Source: Verrucomicrobiales bacterium
GTDB taxonomy: Bacteria; Verrucomicrobiota; Verrucomicrobiia; Verrucomicrobiales; DEV007
Direction: 5' to 3'
Length of the DNA stretch: 64,000 nt
Assembly (NCBI GenBank): GCA_028281705.1
Contig: JANQJH010000454.1
Location: forward strand, 23,385-87,384
Part shown: piece after piece, positions 19,252 through 27,755 of the stretch
Numbering within the stretch: the stretch's first letter is position 1
Layout: each line of letters begins with the position of its first letter
The notes under the pieces: generated by a model
The model's input: only the letters and a program-made list of their open reading frames with translations
Databases searched by the model: none
Told to the model about the DNA's origin: nothing
Position numbers and translations under genes: made by a program

Positions 19252-21510
19252 TCATTTCTCCAGGGCGGCCTCGATGCGGCGGCGCAGTTCCTCGACCCGA
19301 TCGAGGTGGATGCCGGCCGGTTGCTCTTGCAGAATCCACTCGATGTCCTCCAAGGCCCGGGCCCATTGGTTGGCCTGGTAGAGCAGCAGGGCCCGGCTGA
19401 GCCGTTCGGAGGCCTCGGCGGGAGCGATGGTCAAGAGCAGGTCCAATCGAGGAAGCGCTTGGGTAGCGTCACCCGAATTGAGATCAATGTTAATGAGATT
19501 TCGCAGCATCCGCACGAGAATAGCCTTTTTCCCGGCGGGCTCGATGTGCCTTTGTTCCAGTGTGAGTCCGGTGGCGTTGCTTACGATGGTCTCGGCCTCT
19601 TGGAGTGAGATCGGTTTTCCCGCGTCAAAGACATCGATGAGCTGCCGGGTGTCCTCGTCCCCTCCTTCCGGGCGGTGTTGCACGACGAAGTGGCCCGGCA
19701 AGGGGATGCCGACGACGTTCTTCACACCGAGGCGCTGAGCGAGTTCGAGATAGAGGACAGAGAGGGTGATGGGAAGGCCTTCACGATCTTCAAGGACGGC
19801 GTTGAGGTAGCTGTTCTCGCGGCTGTAGTAGTCGAGACGGCTTCCGTGGAATCCCAGCTGCTGGAAAAGGTAATCCGAGGTCTGTGTGAGGATGGCTTTC
19901 TCTCCGGCGTCGGGCGCCAGCGTCGCACGGATCTCTTCCGCCATGGCATCGAGTTCCCGGCGGTAGGCGTCGACGTCGAGATCGGGATTGGCCAGCTTGG
20001 CAATGAGCAGGCCGGCATGCACGAGGTCGATCTCGTTTTCCTCGCGATTGGCGAGCAAGGCCGCCATCTCCCGGTTGACTTCGGCGTGATGAAGGTTCAC
20101 TGCCCATCGCCGTAGCGCCGCCGCTTGGCGGTCGAGGGCCCTGGCTTTGTCCTGCAAGAGCATCCTCGCGGTCTTGGGATTCTCATCGAGGAGTGCTTTG
20201 CTCGCCTCCGCCTCGTCCTTCCCGGCGGCGGCCGCCAGCCATTGGTCTAACGCCATCTCGAGATGCTCCTTAAGTTCCGGGTCCTCATGAATCCGATCTC
20301 GAGGCGCATTGAGGGAGAACTGCTGGAACGAGGCTTCCGTTTGGCGAAACTTACAAAGACCAACTTGGCCTCCCCGGAGTGCCTTGTGTGACAAGCTGAC
20401 GACTTCTTCACCGTTGACGTATCCCGTGATCGTTTCGTCATCGACGACGACGCGGAGGTGATTCCAATCGCCGGGGCGGTAGGCAGCCACGGAGCGATCG
20501 GCCAGGATGTTCCAGGAAAAGACGTCGGGGCCGGCGAAATGGGTCAGCCGGATTTGGCCGCCGCTGGGATAAAATCCGTAGTGGCGGTCTCCGCCGTCGG
20601 AGGCGAAGACCAAGCCGGCGGCGCCGCCTTCGTCATCGAGTTTCACTTTGACCGCGACCTCGTAGGGCATCTTCTGAGGCTGGGTTTGAAAAAGGCAGAG
20701 GGCGCGCCCGCCGAAGCCCGCGCCCGCTCCGCGGACGGAGATGGTGCCGGCGCGCTGCCGCCAGCGGGCGCCGGCCTGGAGCGCTTTCCATTTTCGCGGG
20801 CTGAGTTGACCCACAGTGACCCACCGTTCCATGGGAATGGGGTTGGGTTTGTCTAACAAGAGTTTGAGGGCGTTGACCGGGATGGCAAAGCCGATGTTGT
20901 CCGTGAGGTGGGACTTCATCGCCGGGATGCCGATGACTCTTCCCTGGCGATCGAGAAGGGGACCGCCACTATTGCCGGGTTCGATGGGGATGGCTAACTG
21001 AATCATGTCTACGCCGTCGAAATCACGGGTGGCGGAAATGATGCCCTCGACGACACTGAAGCGGAGGCCTTGCGGGTTTCCCATGACGACGACGGAATGA
21101 CCGTCCGGGAGATCGGTCGAATCGCCCAGGGGCAGGGCGGGAAGATCATCTTCATCAACGCGAAGGATGGCGAGATCCAGTTTGCGATCCGAGGCGTGCA
21201 CCGTATTGACGGTGAGTTCGCGTTCGTCGCTGGTGGTCACGTGGATGGGTCTGGCGTCACCGATGACATGGAGATTGGTGGCGATGAGACCCGGGGCGAT
21301 GACGAAGCCGCTGCCTTCCCGCTGCCCTCCGTCGGCACGGGAACGGTGGGTGATGGCGACGAGGGACGGCCTCGATTCCTCCGCGATCTGTGCCGCTGAT
21401 TTTCCGGTTTCCGCCTCTTCGGCCGGCGACGCAAGGGGGCCAAAGGCGAGCGGCCAGAAAAAAGCGAGGCCGAGGAGGGCTGGCAGGGTGTGTATGCGTG
21501 ATGCTCTCAT
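19252..21510 (-). CDS. Secreted trypsin-like (S1C/HtrA-type) serine protease fused to a jelly-roll (DUF1080/LamG-like) domain and a SirB1-type transglutaminase-like/TPR domain
   Basis: Signal peptide present. Protease motifs are GSGFVIAPGLIATNLHV (His), DLAILRV (Asp) and GNSGGPLLD (Ser). The middle region is YEVAVKVKLDDEGGAAGLVFASDGG...WNHLRVVVDDETITGYVNGEEV. The C-terminus is colinear with E. coli YchA/SirB1 (NSYLNAVLEDREGLPITLSVLYLELAQRLG...GHFVV...LIDVFDAGKPIS) followed by TPR-like helices. Confidence 0.75.
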   Translation of the reverse strand: MRASRIHTLPALLGLAFFWPLAFGPLASPAEEAETGKSAAQIAEESRPSLVAITHRSRADGGQREGSGFVIAPGLIATNLHVIGDARPIHVTTSDERELTVNTVHASDRKLDLAILRVDEDDLPALPLGDSTDLPDGHSVVVMGNPQGLRFSVVEGIISATRDFDGVDMIQLAIPIEPGNSGGPLLDRQGRVIGIPAMKSHLTDNIGFAIPVNALKLLLDKPNPIPMERWVTVGQLSPRKWKALQAGARWRQRAGTISVRGAGAGFGGRALCLFQTQPQKMPYEVAVKVKLDDEGGAAGLVFASDGGDRHYGFYPSGGQIRLTHFAGPDVFSWNILADRSVAAYRPGDWNHLRVVVDDETITGYVNGEEVVSLSHKALRGGQVGLCKFRQTEASFQQFSLNAPRDRIHEDPELKEHLEMALDQWLAAAAGKDEAEASKALLDENPKTARMLLQDKARALDRQAAALRRWAVNLHHAEVNREMAALLANREENEIDLVHAGLLIAKLANPDLDVDAYRRELDAMAEEIRATLAPDAGEKAILTQTSDYLFQQLGFHGSRLDYYSRENSYLNAVLEDREGLPITLSVLYLELAQRLGVKNVVGIPLPGHFVVQHRPEGGDEDTRQLIDVFDAGKPISLQEAETIVSNATGLTLEQRHIEPAGKKAILVRMLRNLINIDLNSGDATQALPRLDLLLTIAPAEASERLSRALLLYQANQWARALEDIEWILQEQPAGIHLDRVEELRRRIEAALEK

Positions 21511-22818
21511 TTACCAACCCTGACGTTCATCGGCATGCACATAGGCATTGGCCTCATCCAGATTCGTGATCTTCAACTGGGTGGTGTCCCATTCGAGGGT
21601 TTCACCGGGGCAACGGAGGGCGACGTTGCCTAACAAGACGGCTTCGGTGAGCGGCCCGCCGTAGTCGAAATTGGCACCCGCCGCGGGGCCGCCTTTGCAG
21701 GCCGCGATGAACTCCTCGTAATGTCCCTCGGAGCGCGGCAAAGAGGGTTCCGGGCGTTGGTAGACTTTCATTTTCTCCTCCGGGATGAGGCGCACGGAGT
21801 CGGCCAAGCCGCCCGTGAGGATCTTGCCACTTCGGCCGATGTAGAGAGTGCCGCCGAAGGAATCGCTCATCTTGCGTCCTTCTTCCAGTTCCGGCGGGCG
21901 CTCAGGCTGGCGTCCTCCATCGTACCAGACCAGTTTGACCTGAGGCAGGCCTTGGCGAGCGGGAAACTGATAGGTGATCGTCGAGGCCGCGGGAGCGGTT
22001 TCGGGAAAGCAATCACTGGCCTCCGCCGTCACCGTGGTGGGAGTGGTGAGCTTCAAGCTGCGAAAGATGGGATCCAGATGGTGGCAGCCCATATCACCCA
22101 GGGCGCCGCATCCGAAGTCCCACCAGCCACGCCAATTGAACGGATGATAGGCGGGATGGTAGGGGCGTTTCGGGGCCGGGCCCAACCATAGATCCCAATT
22201 GAGGTAGGACGGAACGGGAGGCGTTTCCGCGGGGCGTTTCAGGCCCTGTGGCCAGATGGGGCGATTGGACCAGGTATGCACCTCAGTCACTTCGCCAATG
22301 GCGCCGTCGGCGATCCATTCCGCGAGTATCCGGTGGGAATCCTTGGCGTTCCACTGGATAGACATCTGGGTGGCGACTTTGGTTTCCGCGGCCTTCTGCG
22401 TGATGCTGCGAGCCTCCCCGATGGTGCGCGTCAAGGGCTTGGCGCAGTAGACATGCTTACCGAGATCGAGCGCGGCGCGGGCAATGACGGCGTGCGTGTG
22501 GTCGGGCGTTCCGATGACGACACCGTCGATGTGCTTCTCCTTCTCCAGGAGAATGCGAAAGTCTTCGTAGCGCTTCGCGCGGCTATAGTGGGCGAAGACC
22601 TTGCCGGCCTTGCGGGAGTCGACATCTGCTAGAGCGACGATGTTTTGACTGGAGAGGGCGCTGAGATAGTTGGCGCCCATGCCACCAACTCCCACGCCCG
22701 CCAAGTTCAGCCTCTCACTGGGTGGCGGCGTGTCGGTACCTCCGATAACGCGACGCGGAAGAATGAGCGGCGCCGCCGCGGCACTCCCGCCGAGGTGAAG
22801 GAAGGATCGTCGTTTCAT
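21511..22818 (-). CDS. Gfo/Idh/MocA family oxidoreductase with twin-arginine signal
   Basis: The N-terminus is MKRRSFLHLGGSAAAAPL, followed by the Rossmann segment LAGVGVGGMGANYL and VIGTPDHTH. Its stop codon abuts the downstream protease start (TAAATG). Confidence 0.85.
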   Translation of the reverse strand: MKRRSFLHLGGSAAAAPLILPRRVIGGTDTPPPSERLNLAGVGVGGMGANYLSALSSQNIVALADVDSRKAGKVFAHYSRAKRYEDFRILLEKEKHIDGVVIGTPDHTHAVIARAALDLGKHVYCAKPLTRTIGEARSITQKAAETKVATQMSIQWNAKDSHRILAEWIADGAIGEVTEVHTWSNRPIWPQGLKRPAETPPVPSYLNWDLWLGPAPKRPYHPAYHPFNWRGWWDFGCGALGDMGCHHLDPIFRSLKLTTPTTVTAEASDCFPETAPAASTITYQFPARQGLPQVKLVWYDGGRQPERPPELEEGRKMSDSFGGTLYIGRSGKILTGGLADSVRLIPEEKMKVYQRPEPSLPRSEGHYEEFIAACKGGPAAGANFDYGGPLTEAVLLGNVALRCPGETLEWDTTQLKITNLDEANAYVHADERQGW

Positions 22819-22947
22819 GCCGCAGTCTTGCCGACTTTCGGGGACAAGGCGATCCCATAGTTGGGTGGGGCATGGGCTGGTGTGGAGATCTTCGGTGGTG
22901 GCGTGCTATTGCACGAATCGGGTAGGTCACCTTCGGAGCATTTGGGA

Positions 22948-23247
22948 TTACCAGTCGGGAAACTGGTGGCGTGGAAAGTCCATTGATTGATGAAGAACGC
23001 GGGAGACAATGAGGATGTTGTCTTTGACGAGAAAGAATACCAGGTGTCGACCAACTGGGGCAGTTCGACAGCCGTCAAAGAGCTCAGCTCGCAGACGAAA
23101 CTGAGATGGATTCTGGCGAATTCTCTCGAATGCCGCGTAGATCTGTTTCAAATAGGTTTCTTCCTGCTCTTTGCCCCATTGCCGACGGGTGTAGTCGGAG
23201 ATTCCCTGGAGATCGGCGATGGCGTCTCGGGAGAACCGGATTGTCAC
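22948..23247 (-). CDS. parE: Type II toxin, ParE/RelE superfamily
   Basis: 99 aa, colinear with ParE toxins (IRFSRDAIADLQGISDY...VGRHLVFFLVKDNILIVSRVLHQSMD). The GTG start overlaps the antitoxin stop by 4 bp. Confidence 0.8.
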   Translation of the reverse strand: MTIRFSRDAIADLQGISDYTRRQWGKEQEETYLKQIYAAFERIRQNPSQFRLRAELFDGCRTAPVGRHLVFFLVKDNILIVSRVLHQSMDFPRHQFPDW

Positions 23248-23483
23248 TGGCTTCTTCGGGCGAGCCTCATGAACTCCGCTTCTGTTGAGACGTCTTCGAA
23301 ATGGCCTTGGTCTACCTGTTCAAAGCCTCGAGCCACGCTTTGGCGAAGAGCTTCAGAGTTCTGATCGCGCACGTGCATCAGCCGGAGCGCTTCGCGGATG
23401 ACCTCACCGGGACTGTCGTAGAGACCTGATTCGACCTTCTTGCGGGTAAATTCCTCAAGGGTTGGAGGGAGTGATACGTTCAT
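23244..23483 (-). CDS. parD: Type II antitoxin, ParD (CC2985-type) family
   Basis: 79 aa. MNVSLPPTLEEFTRKKVESGLYDSPGEVIREALRLM is a typical ribbon-helix-helix ParD N-terminus. It sits immediately upstream of parE. Confidence 0.75.
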   Translation of the reverse strand: MNVSLPPTLEEFTRKKVESGLYDSPGEVIREALRLMHVRDQNSEALRQSVARGFEQVDQGHFEDVSTEAEFMRLARRSQ

Positions 23484-23607
23484 CGTCTTGCTCTCTTTTC
23501 TCCTCGCGTGGTTTCTTTGTTAAGTGCAAGACTAGACGACATGACATGGCTTGGCAAACACTGATGAGGATGCTCGGGCCCCTACTACCGGGCGGATTCA
23601 TCGGGTG

Positions 23608-24993
23608 CTACTTTTTCTTCGACACGGGCCGGGGCATGGCGGCTTTGACCTCGCGGCGCCAGGTCTGCAGTTTCGTCCGCAGTTTGGAGGCGAGGTCGGG
23701 CTTGGCGTCGGCGAGGTTCTTCTTTTCCGAGAGATCCTTCGCCAGATCAAAGAGTTCGATGGAGCCATCGTCGAAACGCTCGATGAGTTTGTGGGAGCCG
23801 TGGCGGATGGCGCTTCCTAACCGATTCGAACGATGCCAGGCGTAGTTGGGGTAGTGAAAGTAGAGGGAGCGATTTTTCAAATCCGTGGCGCCGGCGAAGG
23901 TCGGGAGGAGGCTATGGCCGTCCAGTGGGGCCGGTGTCTTCAAGCCGGCGGCTTCGAGGATCGTGGGATAGAAATCCATGCTGACCACTGGAATCGCGCT
24001 GGTTTTTCCGGCGGGAACGTGCTTGGGCCAGCGAACGATGAGGGGGACGCGAAGGCCGCCTTCGTAGAGGTCCCCTTTGGCGTCCCGCAGGGGCCGGTTG
24101 TCGGCCACGCCGGAGAAGCCGCCGTTGTCCGAGGTGAAGATGACCATGGTATCCTCGCGGAGCCCGAGATCATCGATGCCCTGCAGGACCCGGCCGATGG
24201 CGGCGTCCATGGCCTCGATCATGGCGCCATAGCGAGGGTCATTGAGCCCGGGACCGTCGTGGTCGGCGTATTTCTTGAGATAGGATTCAGGGGCCTCCAT
24301 CGGCCAATGCACGGTGTAGTTCCACAGGCAGAAGAAGAAAGGCGATTTCTGGTGACGCTTCATGAAGCCGAGGGCCTCATCGGCCAGGCGGTCCGGCAGA
24401 TATTCCCCGGCTTTGCGGTCGGGCAGATTGGGAATGCGGTAGGGGTCGAAAAAGGTAGGCGGGCCTCCGAAGGAACAGCCGCCGATGTTGAGATCGAATC
24501 CCTGCGCGGTGGGCTCGTAGATCGCGAGGCCGTCACCCGGCCCACTGAGGTGCCATTTGCCGAGAAACCCCGTGGCGTAGCCCGCCGCTTGGAGCCGTTC
24601 AGCGATGGTGGTGTGCTCGGCCGGCAGGTGGTCCAAGGTCTTGGCGGGGAGGAGCTTGGGGTCGTCTGGAGTGAAGCGAGGCCGATCGGGGAGATGGTTG
24701 GTAATTTGGATCCGGGCCGGAGCGAGACCTGTGAGAATGGCAGCTCGAGTGGGGGAGCACACCGGAGACGCGGCATAAGCATCGGTGAAGCGGAGGCCCT
24801 CGCTGGCCAAGCGATCGACGTGTGGCGTGTGGAGCACAGGATTCCCCTGGACGGCGAGATCTCGCCATCCGAGGTCATCGATGAGGATGAAGACGACGTT
24901 GGGTGGCCGGTCGGCTCCCTCAACCATGGGGCAGGGCAGGAGAAGGGCCCATGCGAGGGTCTGGGCGAGAATCTGAGTCGCGAAACGTGGCAT
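23608..24993 (-). CDS. Sulfatase (formylglycine-dependent, arylsulfatase A-like)
   Basis: PNVVFILIDDLGWRDL plus the CSPTRAAILTG (C-x-P-x-R) motif. Signal peptide from the ATG at 24993 (MPRFATQILAQTLAWALLL). The ORF track extends to a TTG at 25023. Confidence 0.9.
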   Translation of the reverse strand: MPRFATQILAQTLAWALLLPCPMVEGADRPPNVVFILIDDLGWRDLAVQGNPVLHTPHVDRLASEGLRFTDAYAASPVCSPTRAAILTGLAPARIQITNHLPDRPRFTPDDPKLLPAKTLDHLPAEHTTIAERLQAAGYATGFLGKWHLSGPGDGLAIYEPTAQGFDLNIGGCSFGGPPTFFDPYRIPNLPDRKAGEYLPDRLADEALGFMKRHQKSPFFFCLWNYTVHWPMEAPESYLKKYADHDGPGLNDPRYGAMIEAMDAAIGRVLQGIDDLGLREDTMVIFTSDNGGFSGVADNRPLRDAKGDLYEGGLRVPLIVRWPKHVPAGKTSAIPVVSMDFYPTILEAAGLKTPAPLDGHSLLPTFAGATDLKNRSLYFHYPNYAWHRSNRLGSAIRHGSHKLIERFDDGSIELFDLAKDLSEKKNLADAKPDLASKLRTKLQTWRREVKAAMPRPVSKKK

Positions 24994-25030
24994 GGCCCAA
25001 TTGTGACCGATGGAGGCCGGCAAAGGGCAG

Positions 25031-25104
25031 GATTTCTTGAAGAAATGAAGATTATAATTTCAATATTTAATAAATATAGTATAAAATGTGTGAATAGTTA
25101 AGCA
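25031..25104. promoter_or_regulatory. Strongly AT-rich divergent intergenic region (probable promoters for the sulfatase and the kinase-like gene)
   Basis: The ~70-bp segment gatttcttgaagaaatgaagattataatttcaatatttaataaatatagtataaaatgtgtgaatagttaagca contrasts sharply with the GC-rich flanks. It contains TATAAT at 25053..25058. The exact -35/-10 pairs are not resolved. Confidence 0.4.
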
Positions 25105-27681
25105 ATGCAGGGAACAGGATCGGTCACACCACAAACCACTGCCTCCGGGAATACCGCGTTGGTTTCCCCAGATTGGGCGGTCGCGCAACTGAAGGCCCAA
25201 TGGCCGGCACTCGTGGTCGAAGAGGTCCTTCCCCAGCAGCATTCCGCGAAAGTGCATCTCCGGGCTTCCTTCCCCGAGGTGGGTTTCGTCGGCGTTCGTG
25301 TGTTGGCACAAGACCCAAAGGATCCTCACGGTACGGCGCGATTGACCGCGGCCTACCACCGGGCGCAGAAGGTCTCAGGGATCAAGAATCCCGGAGCGGT
25401 GAAAATCCTGCAGGTCGGTAGTTTGAGCGGGTGTCTCGTCATTGTCACTGAATGGCAAGCCGGTGAGTCCCTTCTGGAGCACCGCAAGCGGGTGCCGCCG
25501 GTGGGTGAGAGTGCTTTGGATCTCATTGATGCCATGGCGACGGCCATGGAGACCTACCATGCGGCGGGATGGGTTCACGGGCATCTGCGGTCCGATTCGT
25601 TTTTCGTCACGGAAAAGGGGGAGGAGGTCCGGTTGTGTGGGATGGGGATCCTGGACACGCTCACCGGCGAGGTCCCTGGTCCTCTTGATGTCGACCGGAT
25701 CTACATGGCCTCGGAACTCAACGGCCGCGAGGCTGAGGAGCGGCAGATGGTCGGTGATGTCTACAGCTTGGGCGTGGTGGCCTACGAACTCATTACCGGT
25801 GAGAAACCGGCGGGTCACTTCATGAAGATGCCGTCTCAGGTCACGGGTTCCGGGAAGTGGTTGGACGACGTGATCTTGCGGGCGATTCACCCGGATCCGC
25901 AGCTTCGAATTGCCTCGGTGTCGGAGTTTCGTGGCGCGATGATGGCGAGAGAACTCCGGGTGATGGAGATCCCTGACAAATTAGCCGAGGAGAGGGAGCG
26001 CAAGAAAAAGGCCGCCGAAAAAAGGCCGGTTGAAGAGTCCGGTGTGACCGCGGCCGTCCGGGTGCAGTTCGCCCTGGTCATGCTTTTCTCCATGGCGGTG
26101 ATTGGCGGGGCGATTTATTTCGGAATCGATCGCTACAAGAACCAGAAGGATACCCAGGCATCAATGGAGGACGCCGTGATGGCTCTCGCCCAGGTGATGA
26201 ACGCGATGTCCGATGGCACTGAAGAGATGGATCTCAAGGCCATGATGGACAAGGTTGCGGACGCCGATCCAGCGGTCCAGTTGGAAGCGCTGCAAGAGCA
26301 GTTGGCCAATCTGGAAGCCGAGGGAAAGCGGGAGGAGGCTCTCAAATTGGCCAAAATGGTAGCGGAAGCGAATCTGGGAAAAGAGGGACCGTCGGTCGAG
26401 GCCATTCAACAGATTTTCGAGGAACTGCAGAAGGAAATGGATCTCGTCCAGGACCTGATGGCCAAGGCGGATGCCGCTTTGTTAGCGGGAGATCTCGACG
26501 CAGAATTGGCCGGTCTCATGGAGGTGCTTGAGATCGATCCCAATCATCCGTTGGCGTTGAGACGTCTTTCGCAGACGCCGTCCCATTTTGCCAAGGCCTG
26601 GGAGATGGTGGAGCGTGAGTTGAAAGAGTGGAATCCGGAGCAGAAGGAGTGGCACGCCACCACCTATCGCCAGGCGAGTGGTCTCGAGGTCGATTTGAGC
26701 GGGCACGAGAATCTCGTCTATCTGAGGCCATTGCAGAAACTTCCGATCGATCGCCTCGACATCAGGCACACCAATGTTGAAGACTTGGCGCCACTGGCAG
26801 GAATGAGCCTCACCGCGTTCTGGTGTGATGACACCGAGGTTTCGCATCTGGAGGTATTGGGGGATCAACCCATCGAGATCCTTGGACTGACCCAGACGCG
26901 GATGAAGAACTACCAGACGCTCGAGCGCCTGCCCTTTATCAGGGTGCTTCGAGTGGATGCGGGTGTGCAAGGGGTGACGAGCCGCATTCCGTATCCGAAG
27001 GGCTCCCGGGAATGGGAGAATGCTCTGGGAATCCGTTTTTTGCCCTTGCAGGATGACAAAGCCCTTTTCGCGACCCGGGAACTGACGGCAGCCGAGTTTG
27101 GGAATTACGAAGCCTCATTGCCGCGAGGGGCGCGACTGGGTGATGGTGTGGAGGGCGACGGCGAGGAAGAGAAGCGGATGTCCCGGGAGGCGGCAGAGAT
27201 GTCCTTTGTTGATGCGCTGAACTTTTGTGAGTGGCTGACTGCTGTGGATCGAAGCCATGGATACCTGCAGCCGGGAGCGATCTATCGCCTGCCCGAACCG
27301 CAGGAGAGGCAGGAGCTGCAAGATTATGTTAAGGTGTCTCTGTTAGCGTCAGGTAAAGAAGAAAAAGGAGAGGCCAATGCCGTGGCGGAGACTGCGGCGT
27401 CCAAGGGCGGAACTCGCCAGGTGACCGAGGGACCTTGTCAGCGCGGCTTCTTCGATGTGCTGGACAACGTCGACGAGTGGGCGGTGAGCTACCGCGATTT
27501 GCAACTCTTCAATGTGCAGCGCAAGGTGGGACGGCGTCCAGCGGGGAAACGCGGCGTGGCGGGTTTGCGGCTCGTGGTCGACCTCACAAATGCGCAGGAT
27601 CGAAAGGCCTCACCTGGCTGGCCGCGGCAGGAGCCGGTGGGGCCCGGCATCATGGCCTCGACGCCCGAGGAAGCGGAGTAG
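25105..27681 (+). CDS. Membrane protein: N-terminal Ser/Thr-kinase-like (probably catalytically dead) domain, one TM helix, extracytoplasmic helical + LRR-like + FGE/SUMF1-like domain
   Basis: The kinase fold is recognisable but HGHLRSDS replaces HRDLKPxN, CGMG replaces DFG, and YMASE replaces APE. TM segment FALVMLFSMAVIGGAIYFGI. LRR-like LDIRHTNVEDLAPLAGMSLTAFWCDDTEVSHLEVL. FGE-like remnants are FVDALNFCEWLT, YRLPEPQERQEL and FFDVLDNVDEWAV. Confidence 0.7.
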   Translation: MQGTGSVTPQTTASGNTALVSPDWAVAQLKAQWPALVVEEVLPQQHSAKVHLRASFPEVGFVGVRVLAQDPKDPHGTARLTAAYHRAQKVSGIKNPGAVKILQVGSLSGCLVIVTEWQAGESLLEHRKRVPPVGESALDLIDAMATAMETYHAAGWVHGHLRSDSFFVTEKGEEVRLCGMGILDTLTGEVPGPLDVDRIYMASELNGREAEERQMVGDVYSLGVVAYELITGEKPAGHFMKMPSQVTGSGKWLDDVILRAIHPDPQLRIASVSEFRGAMMARELRVMEIPDKLAEERERKKKAAEKRPVEESGVTAAVRVQFALVMLFSMAVIGGAIYFGIDRYKNQKDTQASMEDAVMALAQVMNAMSDGTEEMDLKAMMDKVADADPAVQLEALQEQLANLEAEGKREEALKLAKMVAEANLGKEGPSVEAIQQIFEELQKEMDLVQDLMAKADAALLAGDLDAELAGLMEVLEIDPNHPLALRRLSQTPSHFAKAWEMVERELKEWNPEQKEWHATTYRQASGLEVDLSGHENLVYLRPLQKLPIDRLDIRHTNVEDLAPLAGMSLTAFWCDDTEVSHLEVLGDQPIEILGLTQTRMKNYQTLERLPFIRVLRVDAGVQGVTSRIPYPKGSREWENALGIRFLPLQDDKALFATRELTAAEFGNYEASLPRGARLGDGVEGDGEEEKRMSREAAEMSFVDALNFCEWLTAVDRSHGYLQPGAIYRLPEPQERQELQDYVKVSLLASGKEEKGEANAVAETAASKGGTRQVTEGPCQRGFFDVLDNVDEWAVSYRDLQLFNVQRKVGRRPAGKRGVAGLRLVVDLTNAQDRKASPGWPRQEPVGPGIMASTPEEAE

Positions 27682-27755
27682 TGAGAATGCAAGCCGTGTC
27701 CGGCGTCGATCGGCGGGCGGGAAGTTGTGTGGCACCCGTATCAGTCGTCCGATCG

